Source: Candidatus Woesearchaeota archaeon (GTDB lineage: Archaea; Nanobdellota; Nanobdellia; Pacearchaeales; GW2011-AR1). From it: a stretch of DNA of 38,743 nucleotides. Below, piece by piece: positions 1-7,811 of this stretch. Where the stretch lies: NCBI GenBank assembly GCA_964429545.1, contig CAYSCL010000002.1, positions 1 to 38,743 of the forward strand, written 5' to 3'. Within the stretch, counting starts at the first letter, position 1. Each line of letters starts with the position of its first letter. Both the position numbers and the translations under genes were made by a program. The notes under the pieces are model-generated. The model ran no database searches and was not told the origin of the DNA. It saw only the letters and a list, made by a program, of their open reading frames with translations.

Positions 1-1
1 T

Positions 2-244
2 GATACCCCCTATATAATTTTACAAGATACAAAATGTTTTGAAAAAGGCAATGGGCATTTTAGAAAAATGTTTAATCAATTATGCGAAATAGCACAAAGA
101 AACAAAGCAGAATATATTGACTTAGATGTCGATAAAGAAAACAAAAATGCAAGAAATATTTATGAATACATGGGATTTCATTATCTCCCATCAGATGGTT
201 TTGACAATATAGAAAATATGGAAAAAATGAGATATTTTGTATAA
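2..244 (+). CDS. GNAT-family acetyltransferase, C-terminal fragment (gene begins upstream of the window)
   Basis: The frame is open from the window edge to TAA at 242-244. The translation ...GNGHFRKMFNQLCEIAQRNKAEYIDLDVDKENKNARNIYEYMGFHY... matches the acetyl-CoA-binding and C-terminal (A..lYe..GF) part of GNAT enzymes. Confidence 0.4.
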   Translation, partial: DTPYIILQDTKCFEKGNGHFRKMFNQLCEIAQRNKAEYIDLDVDKENKNARNIYEYMGFHYLPSDGFDNIENMEKMRYFV

Positions 245-245
245 A

Positions 246-509
246 ATGGAAAAATCAAAACTTATTGAAAAATTAAAAGAAAACAAAAACAATCCAAAAC
301 AAATAGCTTTTGATTCTAGAGTTTTTTTAGAAAAAACCTGTAATGAAGTAAAAGTTGATTTTAAATTAATAGAAGAAATTAGGGAAATAAATAAATTAAA
401 TTATTCTCACGATTATATTGAACTAAAGAAAAATTTGCAAAAAATATACAATGATTACATCAATTATGTTTCAAAAGAACTAAAACAAAAAGAAAAAGAT
501 TCTTTCTAA
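246..509 (+). CDS. hypothetical protein (87 aa, Lys/Glu-rich)
   Basis: ORF-track frame 237..509. The first ATG is at 246, 2 nt after the upstream stop. No motif recognised. Confidence 0.4.
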   Translation: MEKSKLIEKLKENKNNPKQIAFDSRVFLEKTCNEVKVDFKLIEEIREINKLNYSHDYIELKKNLQKIYNDYINYVSKELKQKEKDSF

Positions 510-638
510 TAAAACAATTAATTCCAAATTAAAATTTTAAACAAAATATTTGAAAAATTCTCCAACTCCAGATGTTCCCAGCGGAGCGATTAATTTCATA
601 TATCAATTCTGAGCGAAGCGAAGTTATTTTTACTTCTC

Positions 639-1262
639 CTAATTCTTCTTAACAATAAAATTAATCATCATCTCACTATTATGTGTTGAAACAATTTTAA
701 AACCAACAGATTTAAACAAATCATGAACTTCTTTTTCATCAAATAAATAATAATATCTGTCTCCCTTATCCGTCCAACCAATCATTAATTCTTTCTCTCC
801 CTTACGAGTTTTACGAAAAAAACGTTTTGACTTAGCATTCCAAACCCCAATATATGCATTCCCATTTTTTTTCAAAACCCTGAATAACTCTTCAACTGCC
901 TTTTTACGAACCCCTTCACCCTCAACACAATGTAATGCAGAAATAGAAATTGCATAATTAAAAAACTCATCCGGAAAAGGAATTTTATCCATCGAAGAAT
1001 GAACTCCTTCAAATTCAATTCCAAAGTCTTTTGCCTTTTCACCAGCCAACCTAATCATTTCAGAGGAAATATCCTGCAAATAATATTTTCCATTTTTTAT
1101 CTTAGTCAAATGTCTTCCACTTCCCCCTCCAAGATCCAAAACATTCCCTGAACAATTTTCTAAGAATATCTTGCTCCCCTCAGAAGGAATTTTCTTATAT
1201 TCATGCCATTCCCCAGCAATCCTATCCCATACTTTTTCCTGATTTTCCATAAAATAACTCAA
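639..1262 (-). CDS. class I SAM-dependent methyltransferase
   Basis: Motif I VLDLGGGSGRH and the overall Methyltransf_11-like layout (207 aa). Confidence 0.75.
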   Translation of the reverse strand: MSYFMENQEKVWDRIAGEWHEYKKIPSEGSKIFLENCSGNVLDLGGGSGRHLTKIKNGKYYLQDISSEMIRLAGEKAKDFGIEFEGVHSSMDKIPFPDEFFNYAISISALHCVEGEGVRKKAVEELFRVLKKNGNAYIGVWNAKSKRFFRKTRKGEKELMIGWTDKGDRYYYLFDEKEVHDLFKSVGFKIVSTHNSEMMINFIVKKN

Positions 1263-1328
1263 TCAAACCACATTATAACCTTTACGCATATAAAATTATA
1301 TAAATAATAAGTTCTCTTAACCTAGCAT

Positions 1329-1946
1329 ATGGGGAAGAAAAAAAGAAGAAAACAACCAACCCTTAATTTCGATTATGTTTTTTGGGATAAAGATGGAACA
1401 ATGGTTGATTACAAAAATCCACAAAAAATTTACAGAGGATTAAAAGAAATATTAATGCGTATTCCTAGTGAAAAACAAGGATTAATTACAAATTGTGTAT
1501 TACCGAAACTATTTCTTAAAAGTCAAAATATTCTCAAATATTTTAATCCAAACCTCATAATGAGTGCAGAAGATGAAATAGATAAAATAATTACAAATCC
1601 TGGACACCCATTTAGAAAATTAATAAAATTAAGTGGAATTTACATGGAAGATAACCTCAAAATAGAAGAATACATAAAAAAACCCTCGACCTATATGTTC
1701 AAAGAAGTAATGAAGCGAGAAAAAATGAATCCTTCAAACTGTGTGATGATAGGAGATTCATTTGAAGATATTATTGCAGCACAATGTTCTGGTTTTAAAA
1801 CAATCTATATGAATGGCTTGGAAAAAGAAAATAATCAATCAAAAGATAAAAAATATTCTGCAAATGTTCATGACATGAAATTAGAACCAGATTATAGAAT
1901 ACATGTTGGAGATACAAAAGCATTGGAAAAAATCCTCTTCGGATAA
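1329..1946 (+). CDS. HAD-superfamily hydrolase/phosphatase
   Basis: HAD motif I FWDKDGTMVD (DxDxT) and motif IV MIGDSFEDIIAA. Confidence 0.65.
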   Translation: MGKKKRRKQPTLNFDYVFWDKDGTMVDYKNPQKIYRGLKEILMRIPSEKQGLITNCVLPKLFLKSQNILKYFNPNLIMSAEDEIDKIITNPGHPFRKLIKLSGIYMEDNLKIEEYIKKPSTYMFKEVMKREKMNPSNCVMIGDSFEDIIAAQCSGFKTIYMNGLEKENNQSKDKKYSANVHDMKLEPDYRIHVGDTKALEKILFG

Positions 1947-1976
1947 TTTTATATAACAAAAATTCCCAATATTTCT

Positions 1977-3323
1977 ATGGAAAAACAAATAAAAAAACCC
2001 ACTAAAACAATTTCAGGAATAACACCTGTAGCAGTTATGCTTCCCCCAAGATCATGCGAACATGGAAATTGTATTTATTGTCCAAATTTAGATGTTCCTC
2101 AAAGTTATACGCCAAAAAGTCCCGTTGTACTAAGGGCATCATCTCTGGATTATGATGCATATAAACAAGTAAAAGCAAGAATAAAAGCCTTTGAAGGCAT
2201 GAATCACCCCACAGAAAAAATTGAACTAATAATTATGGGGGGCACTTTTTTAGAATATCCAAAAGAATTCCAATATAAATTTGTAAAAGGACTTTATGAC
2301 GGATTAAACAACAAGAAATCTAAAAAACTTAAAGAAGCACAAAAAATAAATGAATCTGGAAAACACAGGGCAGTAGCTTTATGCATTGAAACAAGACCTG
2401 ATGTTTGCATCCCATTCATAGACAGAATGAGGGAATGGGGAGTAACAAGGATAGAACTAGGAGTTCAAATAATAGATGACAAAATATACAAAGATATTCA
2501 AAGAGGCCACACAGTAAATGATGTAATCAAAGCAACAAAAGCCCTAAAAGAAGCAGGTTTCAAAATAGGTTACCACATAATGCCAGGTTTGCCTGGAAGT
2601 TCAATAAAAAAGGACATCAAACTATTCAAAAAAATATTTTCAGATTCAAACTTCAAACCAGACCAAGTCAAACTATATCCTTGTCAAGTTATGCCTGGTT
2701 CAGTTTTAGAAAAAAGATATTGGAATAAAGAATATGTCCCCTATACAAAAGAAGAAACAGAAAAAGTCCTTCTAGAAATGATAAAAATAGTTCCAAGATA
2801 TGCAAGAATAATGAGGGTCATGAGAGAAATTCCGACAGAATATTTAGTTGCAGGAACAAAAAGAATTGATTTGAGAAATGAAATAGAAAAAGAATTAAGA
2901 AAAAAGAAAACAAAACTAAAAGAAATTAGATACAGAGAAATCGGTTTTGCACTCCAAAGAGGAAAAGTTGACACAAACTTAAAATTAAAAAAAACAAAAT
3001 ACAAAGCATCTGAAGGAAACGAATATTTTTTAGAAATTGTAAACAAAGATGATATCCTATTCGGACTTTTAAGATTAAGACTTTCAAAAAAAGGAGCAAT
3101 GATTAGAGAAATTCATGTTTATGGCCAAAGTCTAAAGCTAGGAGAAAAAGGCAAGTTTTCGCAACACAAGGGATTCGGGAAGTGGCTAATTCAAGAAGCA
3201 GAAAAAATAACAAAGAAAAACAAATACAAAAAACTAAAAATAATTTCCGGAATAGGCGTCCGAGAATACTACAAAAAATTAGGTTACAAATTAGAAGAAA
3301 CTTATATGGTTAAAAGATTATAG
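1977..3323 (+). CDS. elp3: Elp3-type radical-SAM / GNAT tRNA-modification enzyme
   Basis: N-terminal TISGITPVAVMLPPRSCEHGNCIYCP radical-SAM cluster motif, a central TIM-barrel-like region (IETRPD, ELGVQ), and a C-terminal GNAT-like tail (HKGFGKWLIQEAEKI). Confidence 0.85.
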   Translation: MEKQIKKPTKTISGITPVAVMLPPRSCEHGNCIYCPNLDVPQSYTPKSPVVLRASSLDYDAYKQVKARIKAFEGMNHPTEKIELIIMGGTFLEYPKEFQYKFVKGLYDGLNNKKSKKLKEAQKINESGKHRAVALCIETRPDVCIPFIDRMREWGVTRIELGVQIIDDKIYKDIQRGHTVNDVIKATKALKEAGFKIGYHIMPGLPGSSIKKDIKLFKKIFSDSNFKPDQVKLYPCQVMPGSVLEKRYWNKEYVPYTKEETEKVLLEMIKIVPRYARIMRVMREIPTEYLVAGTKRIDLRNEIEKELRKKKTKLKEIRYREIGFALQRGKVDTNLKLKKTKYKASEGNEYFLEIVNKDDILFGLLRLRLSKKGAMIREIHVYGQSLKLGEKGKFSQHKGFGKWLIQEAEKITKKNKYKKLKIISGIGVREYYKKLGYKLEETYMVKRL

Positions 3324-3815
3324 AAATTTATAAAATAAATCTTTGTTATCATTTAAAAAAGTTTTAATAAATCCTAAATTTAAACAACTTTCCATGTCCA
3401 TTCCAATTTCATGAGCAATCCGACTTAATTTTCTTTTATAATGATTTAATTCCCTTTCAACTTCTTTTTCCGAATTTTGAAACTTATCAAAAGAATTCTT
3501 ATCAATATAACTATTATCTAAAATAGATAATTTATATTTTGCCATCTCTTTAAATTGATTTACAGCTTGATTAAAATATTGCTTTGATGAAAAACCACCA
3601 CCATTTCTAAATTCATCTAAAGCTAATAAATAATTTGCTTTCATAACTTCAAGATTATAATTTAATTCAGGATTGTTTTGAAAAAAATATGGAGAAGTTT
3701 TATCTCTAATTATTTTTTTTAATCTATCTCTTCTAGGAGTAGTTTTAAGTATTTTTGATACCCAAGGACTAATTGATTTTGTTCTCAAGTTGAATTTATC
3801 ATTTAATCTTTCCAT
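3318..3815 (-). CDS. hypothetical protein (165 aa)
   Basis: Long ORF convergent with elp3, with a 6-nt overlap. No motif recognised. Confidence 0.45.
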   Translation of the reverse strand: MERLNDKFNLRTKSISPWVSKILKTTPRRDRLKKIIRDKTSPYFFQNNPELNYNLEVMKANYLLALDEFRNGGGFSSKQYFNQAVNQFKEMAKYKLSILDNSYIDKNSFDKFQNSEKEVERELNHYKRKLSRIAHEIGMDMESCLNLGFIKTFLNDNKDLFYKFL

Positions 3816-3893
3816 ATCAACTCAACAAATTAAATATTTATAAAACTTTCTTTTCTTCACTACCAAATAATTACAACAAATAATAACATTAAA

Positions 3894-3903
3894 CTTTTAT
3901 AAT
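3894..3903 (+). promoter_or_regulatory. TATA box (acttttataa) about 24 nt upstream of the ATG at 3923
   Basis: Same motif and spacing recur upstream of many genes in the window. Confidence 0.4.
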
Positions 3904-3922
3904 CATCTTACTTTTTCCAATC

Positions 3923-4396
3923 ATGAAAAATTCAATAAAAAGAGGATTAGGATTTGGAATAACTTCAGGAATTATCACAACATTAGGTTTAATGACTGGA
4001 TTATTCACAGGAACACATTCAAAATTAGCAGTTTTAGGAGGGATAATTACAATAGCAATTGCTGATGCTTTCTCAGACGCATTCGGGATTCACATTTCAG
4101 AGGAATCAGCAGGAAACTCAAAGAAAAATGTAATGAGAAGCACAATCTCTGCATTTTCCACAAAATTTCTAACAGCTTTAATTTTTGTAATACCAATAAT
4201 ATTTCTAACATTAAACATAGCAATAATAACAAATGTAGCAATGGGATTAATATTGCTCTCAATTTTCACATTCATGGTTTCAAAAAACAACGGTGGAAAA
4301 CCCATAAAACATGTTTTCGAACATTTAGGAATTGCAATAACAGTAATTATAATCACTTATTTTGTAGGAGAAGGAATTAATCTTTTGTTTGTTTAA
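3923..4396 (+). CDS. small polytopic membrane protein, possibly VIT1/CCC1-like
   Basis: Four to five hydrophobic helices. The segment GIITIAIADAFSDAFGIHISEES resembles the acidic helix motif of VIT-family Fe/Mn transporters. The family assignment is tentative. Confidence 0.45.
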   Translation: MKNSIKRGLGFGITSGIITTLGLMTGLFTGTHSKLAVLGGIITIAIADAFSDAFGIHISEESAGNSKKNVMRSTISAFSTKFLTALIFVIPIIFLTLNIAIITNVAMGLILLSIFTFMVSKNNGGKPIKHVFEHLGIAITVIIITYFVGEGINLLFV

Positions 4397-4493
4397 AATG
4401 AAAAATAAAATTGTAGCTCCAAATATAAGATTTCTATTAGAAAAAGGAGAATTAATTTAATTTTCTTACTTACCTCTTTTTGAATTGTTTTTT

Positions 4494-4562
4494 AGTTCTA
4501 ACAAGGCATTTTATTTTGTGGCGTAGCAGCGCTACGCGAGAAATGAAATAACGAAGTTAGAA
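4494..4562. repeat. long imperfect hairpin repeat, copy 1 of 2 (second copy 16075-16142)
   Basis: Terminal stem gttctaac/gttagaac and core stem gcgtagc-agc-gctacgc. About 85% identical to the second copy, with compensatory changes in the terminal stem. It lies 20 nt from the stop of the minus-strand gene at 4582. Confidence 0.65.
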
Positions 4563-4581
4563 CAAAAAAGAAACAAAAAGC

Positions 4582-5502
4582 CTAAACCTTAATCTTACCT
4601 TCCTGCCAATCCTTCAAAATATCTCTCGCTGCTTGATCTTCATTAACTTCTCCACCTTTCTTCAAAAAACCTTTTTCCCGTCCAACAAATTCAATCAATT
4701 CTTCCGAATCTTCACAATCACAATCATAAAATTCATTCAAAACATCAGAATATTTTGTCATCAATCCATGAACAACCATTTCTGGATCCTTAACCTGCGT
4801 CCAACTTTTACCTCCAGCAAGAGTATGATGAGCAATTTTTTCTTTGTCAACCATTGAATATTGATTTTCAGGAATCACACCAGGTGAATCTACAAGAACT
4901 ATATCTTCAGATAACCTAACCTTTTGTACATTCCTAGTAAAACCAGCTTCTGCACCAACTCCTGCAGCACTTTTTCCAGACAAAATATTCAATAAAGAAC
5001 TCTTTCCGGTATTAGGATATCCAATAACGCCAACTTTCACTTTCTCTCCTTTTCCAACAACAACTCTATCCTTCAAAATTTCTCTTTTCTCTCTTTTTTC
5101 AATATTTTTTGCAATTCTTTTAATCAAATCACGCAAATCTTTAATTCCTTTTCTTTTAACACAAGAAACAAGAGCATAAGGATAAACTGTTCCTTTAATT
5201 TCATTCAACTTAGAAACCTTAATCAAATCGACTTTATTCAAAACATAAATAATTTTCTTGCCCTGTTTTTCAATTTCCTTTTCCAATTCTTTATTCCTAG
5301 TTTCTTCAACAAACCTTGCATCCAAAACTTCCAAAATAATGTCCGAAGTATTCACTATGTTTTTTGCAACCTCTGGATATTTAACCCGCTGCTTCTTAAT
5401 TTTATCTATATGCCTCGTTCTATGGGAGGAATATTTGTATTGTACCATAAAAACAAAAAGAAATTCCAGTTTAATAGTCTTTTTGATAAAAAATAATTTC
5501 AT
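4582..5502 (-). CDS. circularly permuted GTPase (YlqF/RbgA/Nug-like ribosome-biogenesis GTPase)
   Basis: The G4 motif NKVDL precedes G1 GYPNTGKSS and G3 DSPG, which is the permuted order typical of this family. The first ATG is at 5502. An alternative start MVQYKY at 5448 is equally plausible. Confidence 0.75.
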   Translation of the reverse strand: MKLFFIKKTIKLEFLFVFMVQYKYSSHRTRHIDKIKKQRVKYPEVAKNIVNTSDIILEVLDARFVEETRNKELEKEIEKQGKKIIYVLNKVDLIKVSKLNEIKGTVYPYALVSCVKRKGIKDLRDLIKRIAKNIEKREKREILKDRVVVGKGEKVKVGVIGYPNTGKSSLLNILSGKSAAGVGAEAGFTRNVQKVRLSEDIVLVDSPGVIPENQYSMVDKEKIAHHTLAGGKSWTQVKDPEMVVHGLMTKYSDVLNEFYDCDCEDSEELIEFVGREKGFLKKGGEVNEDQAARDILKDWQEGKIKV

Positions 5503-5690
5503 AAACAATAAAAATTTTCAAAAAATAAACTATATACTCAACAATATGATATATTTTTGGATATATATCGAAATAATTTTTGTAACGAGAAAATAATCAC
5601 GATAGCTTTATATATTAGAAGTTACTATTTTCGCCAACAACAATTAAATGACAACAAAATTAAAGAAACATTTAAAAAATAAAGCAAAAA

Positions 5691-6923
5691 ATGGGAAAAA
5701 TTGGAGTGATACATTATCTTTGGAATGAAAGTTCTAGCGGAGTAAACACCGTAGTGAACAACAACATAGAAGGGCTTCTAGAATTGTATCCTAACTTGGA
5801 ACCAGTTTTTATTTCTGACAGAGATTCAGAAAAAACCTTTTCAAAATACGAAAAAAGGAACATAAAAATGGGGGGAGAATTTTCAAAAGAATTGTTGGAG
5901 AAAACAAAAGACTTGGAGGCCGTGATTATAGAAAACCCTTTCAGAAATTTAGAAGAATTCCCTATTGCCCCTCAGGAATACAAAAAATTTACAGAAAGCT
6001 TCAACGGAGGGGTTGTATATAGACACCATGATGTAGATAATGGATTAAAAAATATAGTTCCAGAATCAAGAAATATAACTCATGTAACTTTGGTTAACCC
6101 AACAAAAAACCAATTAGAAAATGAATATAAAATAAATGTAGACATATTAAAAAACTCAGTAATTTGTGAAAATTTCTATAAAGATAATCCAAAAAAAGAT
6201 AATGAATTAAGAGAGAGACTAGAAAAATTAGGAATGGTTTTGCCAAATGAAAAAATCATTGCTGTACCCAACAGAATAGTCGATAGAAAAAACATAGAAG
6301 AATCCTTAATGATTACAAAAATGTTAAATGAATTGGGAAAAAACAATTATAGATTAATTGTAACAACAAGTATAATAAAAAATGAACCAGACAATATTTT
6401 CCAAATAAAATATCAAAAAAACTTAGAGGCTTTAGCAAGAAAACATAATATCCCTGCAACAATGGGGGAAGTTTCAGAAACATTGGATGATGTTAATTTT
6501 AACGTTGGAAATTTATACCACATATCTGATTTTGCACTTTCAACAAGCGTAAAAGAAGGTTTTGGATACATGTTTGTAGAACCATGGATTGCGGATACAC
6601 CATTAATTGGCAGACACATAGATCATGTAATCCCAGATTTCCATAAAAATGGATTAAATTTGCACCACCTATATGCAGATGATGTATTAGTAGATGGGCC
6701 AATATACAAAAAAAGAATAAAAAATTTAGATAATATCCTTTCTAACAAAAAAATACTTTACAATACAATTGATAAAATGAAAATAGAAGAAAGAACAGAA
6801 AATGCAAAAAAAGTTTTAGAGCAAAACAAAGAAGCAGTAAAAAATAATTACAATCATGTCAAAATTGCAGACCAATTAGGGCATTACCTAAAATTACCTC
6901 AATACGAAATAAAAATAGCTTAA
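5691..6923 (+). CDS. GT-B fold glycosyltransferase (GT4-like)
   Basis: C-terminal motif STSVKEGFGYMFVEPWIADTPLIGR resembles the E-x-FG...E sugar-nucleotide binding motif of group-1 glycosyltransferases. Confidence 0.5.
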   Translation: MGKIGVIHYLWNESSSGVNTVVNNNIEGLLELYPNLEPVFISDRDSEKTFSKYEKRNIKMGGEFSKELLEKTKDLEAVIIENPFRNLEEFPIAPQEYKKFTESFNGGVVYRHHDVDNGLKNIVPESRNITHVTLVNPTKNQLENEYKINVDILKNSVICENFYKDNPKKDNELRERLEKLGMVLPNEKIIAVPNRIVDRKNIEESLMITKMLNELGKNNYRLIVTTSIIKNEPDNIFQIKYQKNLEALARKHNIPATMGEVSETLDDVNFNVGNLYHISDFALSTSVKEGFGYMFVEPWIADTPLIGRHIDHVIPDFHKNGLNLHHLYADDVLVDGPIYKKRIKNLDNILSNKKILYNTIDKMKIEERTENAKKVLEQNKEAVKNNYNHVKIADQLGHYLKLPQYEIKIA

Positions 6924-7193
6924 TCACAATCCTTTTGGTTTTTCAGCCTCTTTCAATCCTTCTTTCCCTATTTTCTTTCTAACAACAATTCTCAAATCTT
7001 TTTCAGGTTCTTCTTTTTCTTCAAAATAAACCAAACCATTTAATCTAAACCTAACACAACAATCCTCATCAGTTCTCAAACCAAATTCATTATCATCTAA
7101 ATAAATAACTTTTCCATGATATTCCAACTCACGCCCAAAAACATTAATTTTCAAAAAATAAAATTTACCTTTTTCTAATTTTTTCATATGCAT
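6924..7193 (-). CDS. hypothetical small protein (89 aa)
   Basis: ORF with ATGs at 7193 and 7187 and an upstream TATA-like aaattataaatattt. No motif recognised. Confidence 0.4.
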   Translation of the reverse strand: MHMKKLEKGKFYFLKINVFGRELEYHGKVIYLDDNEFGLRTDEDCCVRFRLNGLVYFEEKEEPEKDLRIVVRKKIGKEGLKEAEKPKGL

Positions 7194-7251
7194 AATAAAA
7201 TCCTCTTGAAATATTTATAATTTTCTAAAAATTCATAATCCAAAAATAATA

Positions 7252-7324
7252 CGCCCCGACCGAGATTCGAACTCGGGTCACTTGCGTGAAAGGCAAGCAT
7301 ACTTGGCCTCTGTACTATCGGGGC
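7252..7324 (-). tRNA. tRNA-Glu (anticodon UUC)
   Basis: The reverse complement GCCCCGA-TA-GTAC..GTAT-G-CTTGC-CTTTCAC-GCAAG-...-CCGAG-TTCGAAT-CTCGG-TCGGGGC-G folds as a canonical cloverleaf. The anticodon loop is CT-TTC-AC. Confidence 0.9.
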
Positions 7325-7388
7325 ATGAGAATAATTATCTAAATTAGTTTAAAAAACTAACTATTCAAATAATTTCACAATCAAAAAC

Positions 7389-7399
7389 TTTTATATAAT
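7389..7399 (+). promoter_or_regulatory. TATA box (ttttatataat) about 27 nt upstream of tRNA-Ile
   Basis: The position and sequence match the window-wide promoter pattern. Confidence 0.4.
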
Positions 7400-7420
7400 G
7401 GAATTTTTTAATTCTTACAT

Positions 7421-7541
7421 GATCTTGTAGCTCAGCCTGGTCAGAGCGCTGGTCTTATATGAAGATGGTCCGTTAGGATTATTATCTCTTGGATTCTTCT
7501 GAGAGAGCCAGAGGTCCCGAGTTCAAATCTCGGCAAGATCA
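7421..7541 (+). tRNA. tRNA-Ile (anticodon UAU) with an inferred 46-nt intron at the canonical 37/38 position (7460-7505)
   Basis: Acceptor stem GATCTTG/CAAGATC, D-arm TAGCTCAGCCTGGTCAGAGCG, anticodon stem CTGGT/GCCAG, loop CT-TAT-A|intron|A, variable loop AGGTC, and T-arm CCGAG-TTCAAAT-CTCGG. The D-arm and variable loop are Ile-like. I could not fully verify a bulge-helix-bulge fold, so the exact splice sites are inferred. Confidence 0.75.
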
Positions 7542-7595
7542 TATTTTTTGAACTCGGTCACGAGTTTGGTACAAAGTTTCATAAACTTTTGTGCA

Positions 7596-7702
7596 ACGGA
7601 GAGTGAAACGATCCTCGTTCGATTCAAACATTCACTAGCGGGCTACGGAAAGTGAAACGACCCTCGTTTGATTCAAACATGCACTAGCAAACGACGGAGA
7701 GC
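7596..7702 (+). repeat. tandem 49-bp repeat, 2.2 copies, with a tRNA T-arm-like core
   Basis: Units acggaGagtgaaacgaTcctcgttCgattcaaacatTcactagc (7596-7639) and acggaAagtgaaacgaCcctcgttTgattcaaacatGcactagc (7645-7688). A third unit starts at 7694. An internal cgttcgattcaaac resembles a T-loop. Confidence 0.7.
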
Positions 7703-7714
7703 TTTAGCGACCCA

Positions 7715-7729
7715 CAAATCTCGGCCAAG
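7715..7729 (+). repeat. duplicate of the tRNA-Ile 3' end
   Basis: caaatctcggccaag here versus caaatctcggcaag at 7524-7537 inside the tRNA (one extra c). Confidence 0.5.
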
Positions 7730-7753
7730 GCCCCCATTACAATTTCTTCTAAT

Positions 7754-7811
7754 CTCAACTCCTAAATCCCCCTCTCCAATCCCTAATTCCTAATCCCTAA
7801 CTCCCAATTCC
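7754..7811. repeat. C-rich 10/11-nt unit array, locus 1 of 3
   Basis: ctcaactcctaaatccccctctccaatccctaattcctaatccctaactcccaattcc uses the same units as 21659-21819. It overlaps the last 7 codons and the stop of the lipase-like gene. Confidence 0.7.

Noticed and set aside
610-622. A 13-nt GC-rich inverted match (tgagcgaagcgaa versus 36360-36372), found downstream of GNAT genes in both places
   Set aside because: The match is improbable for such a GC-rich word, but the similarity could not be extended into the flanks beyond a short aaattct anchor. Without a genome-wide count, I cannot distinguish a degraded shared element from chance.
4397-4459. A 20-aa mini-ORF (MKNKIVAPNIRFLLEKGELI) right after the VIT-like gene
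   Set aside because: It has no promoter box, no recognisable motif, and no paralogue, and ORFs of this length are expected by chance.
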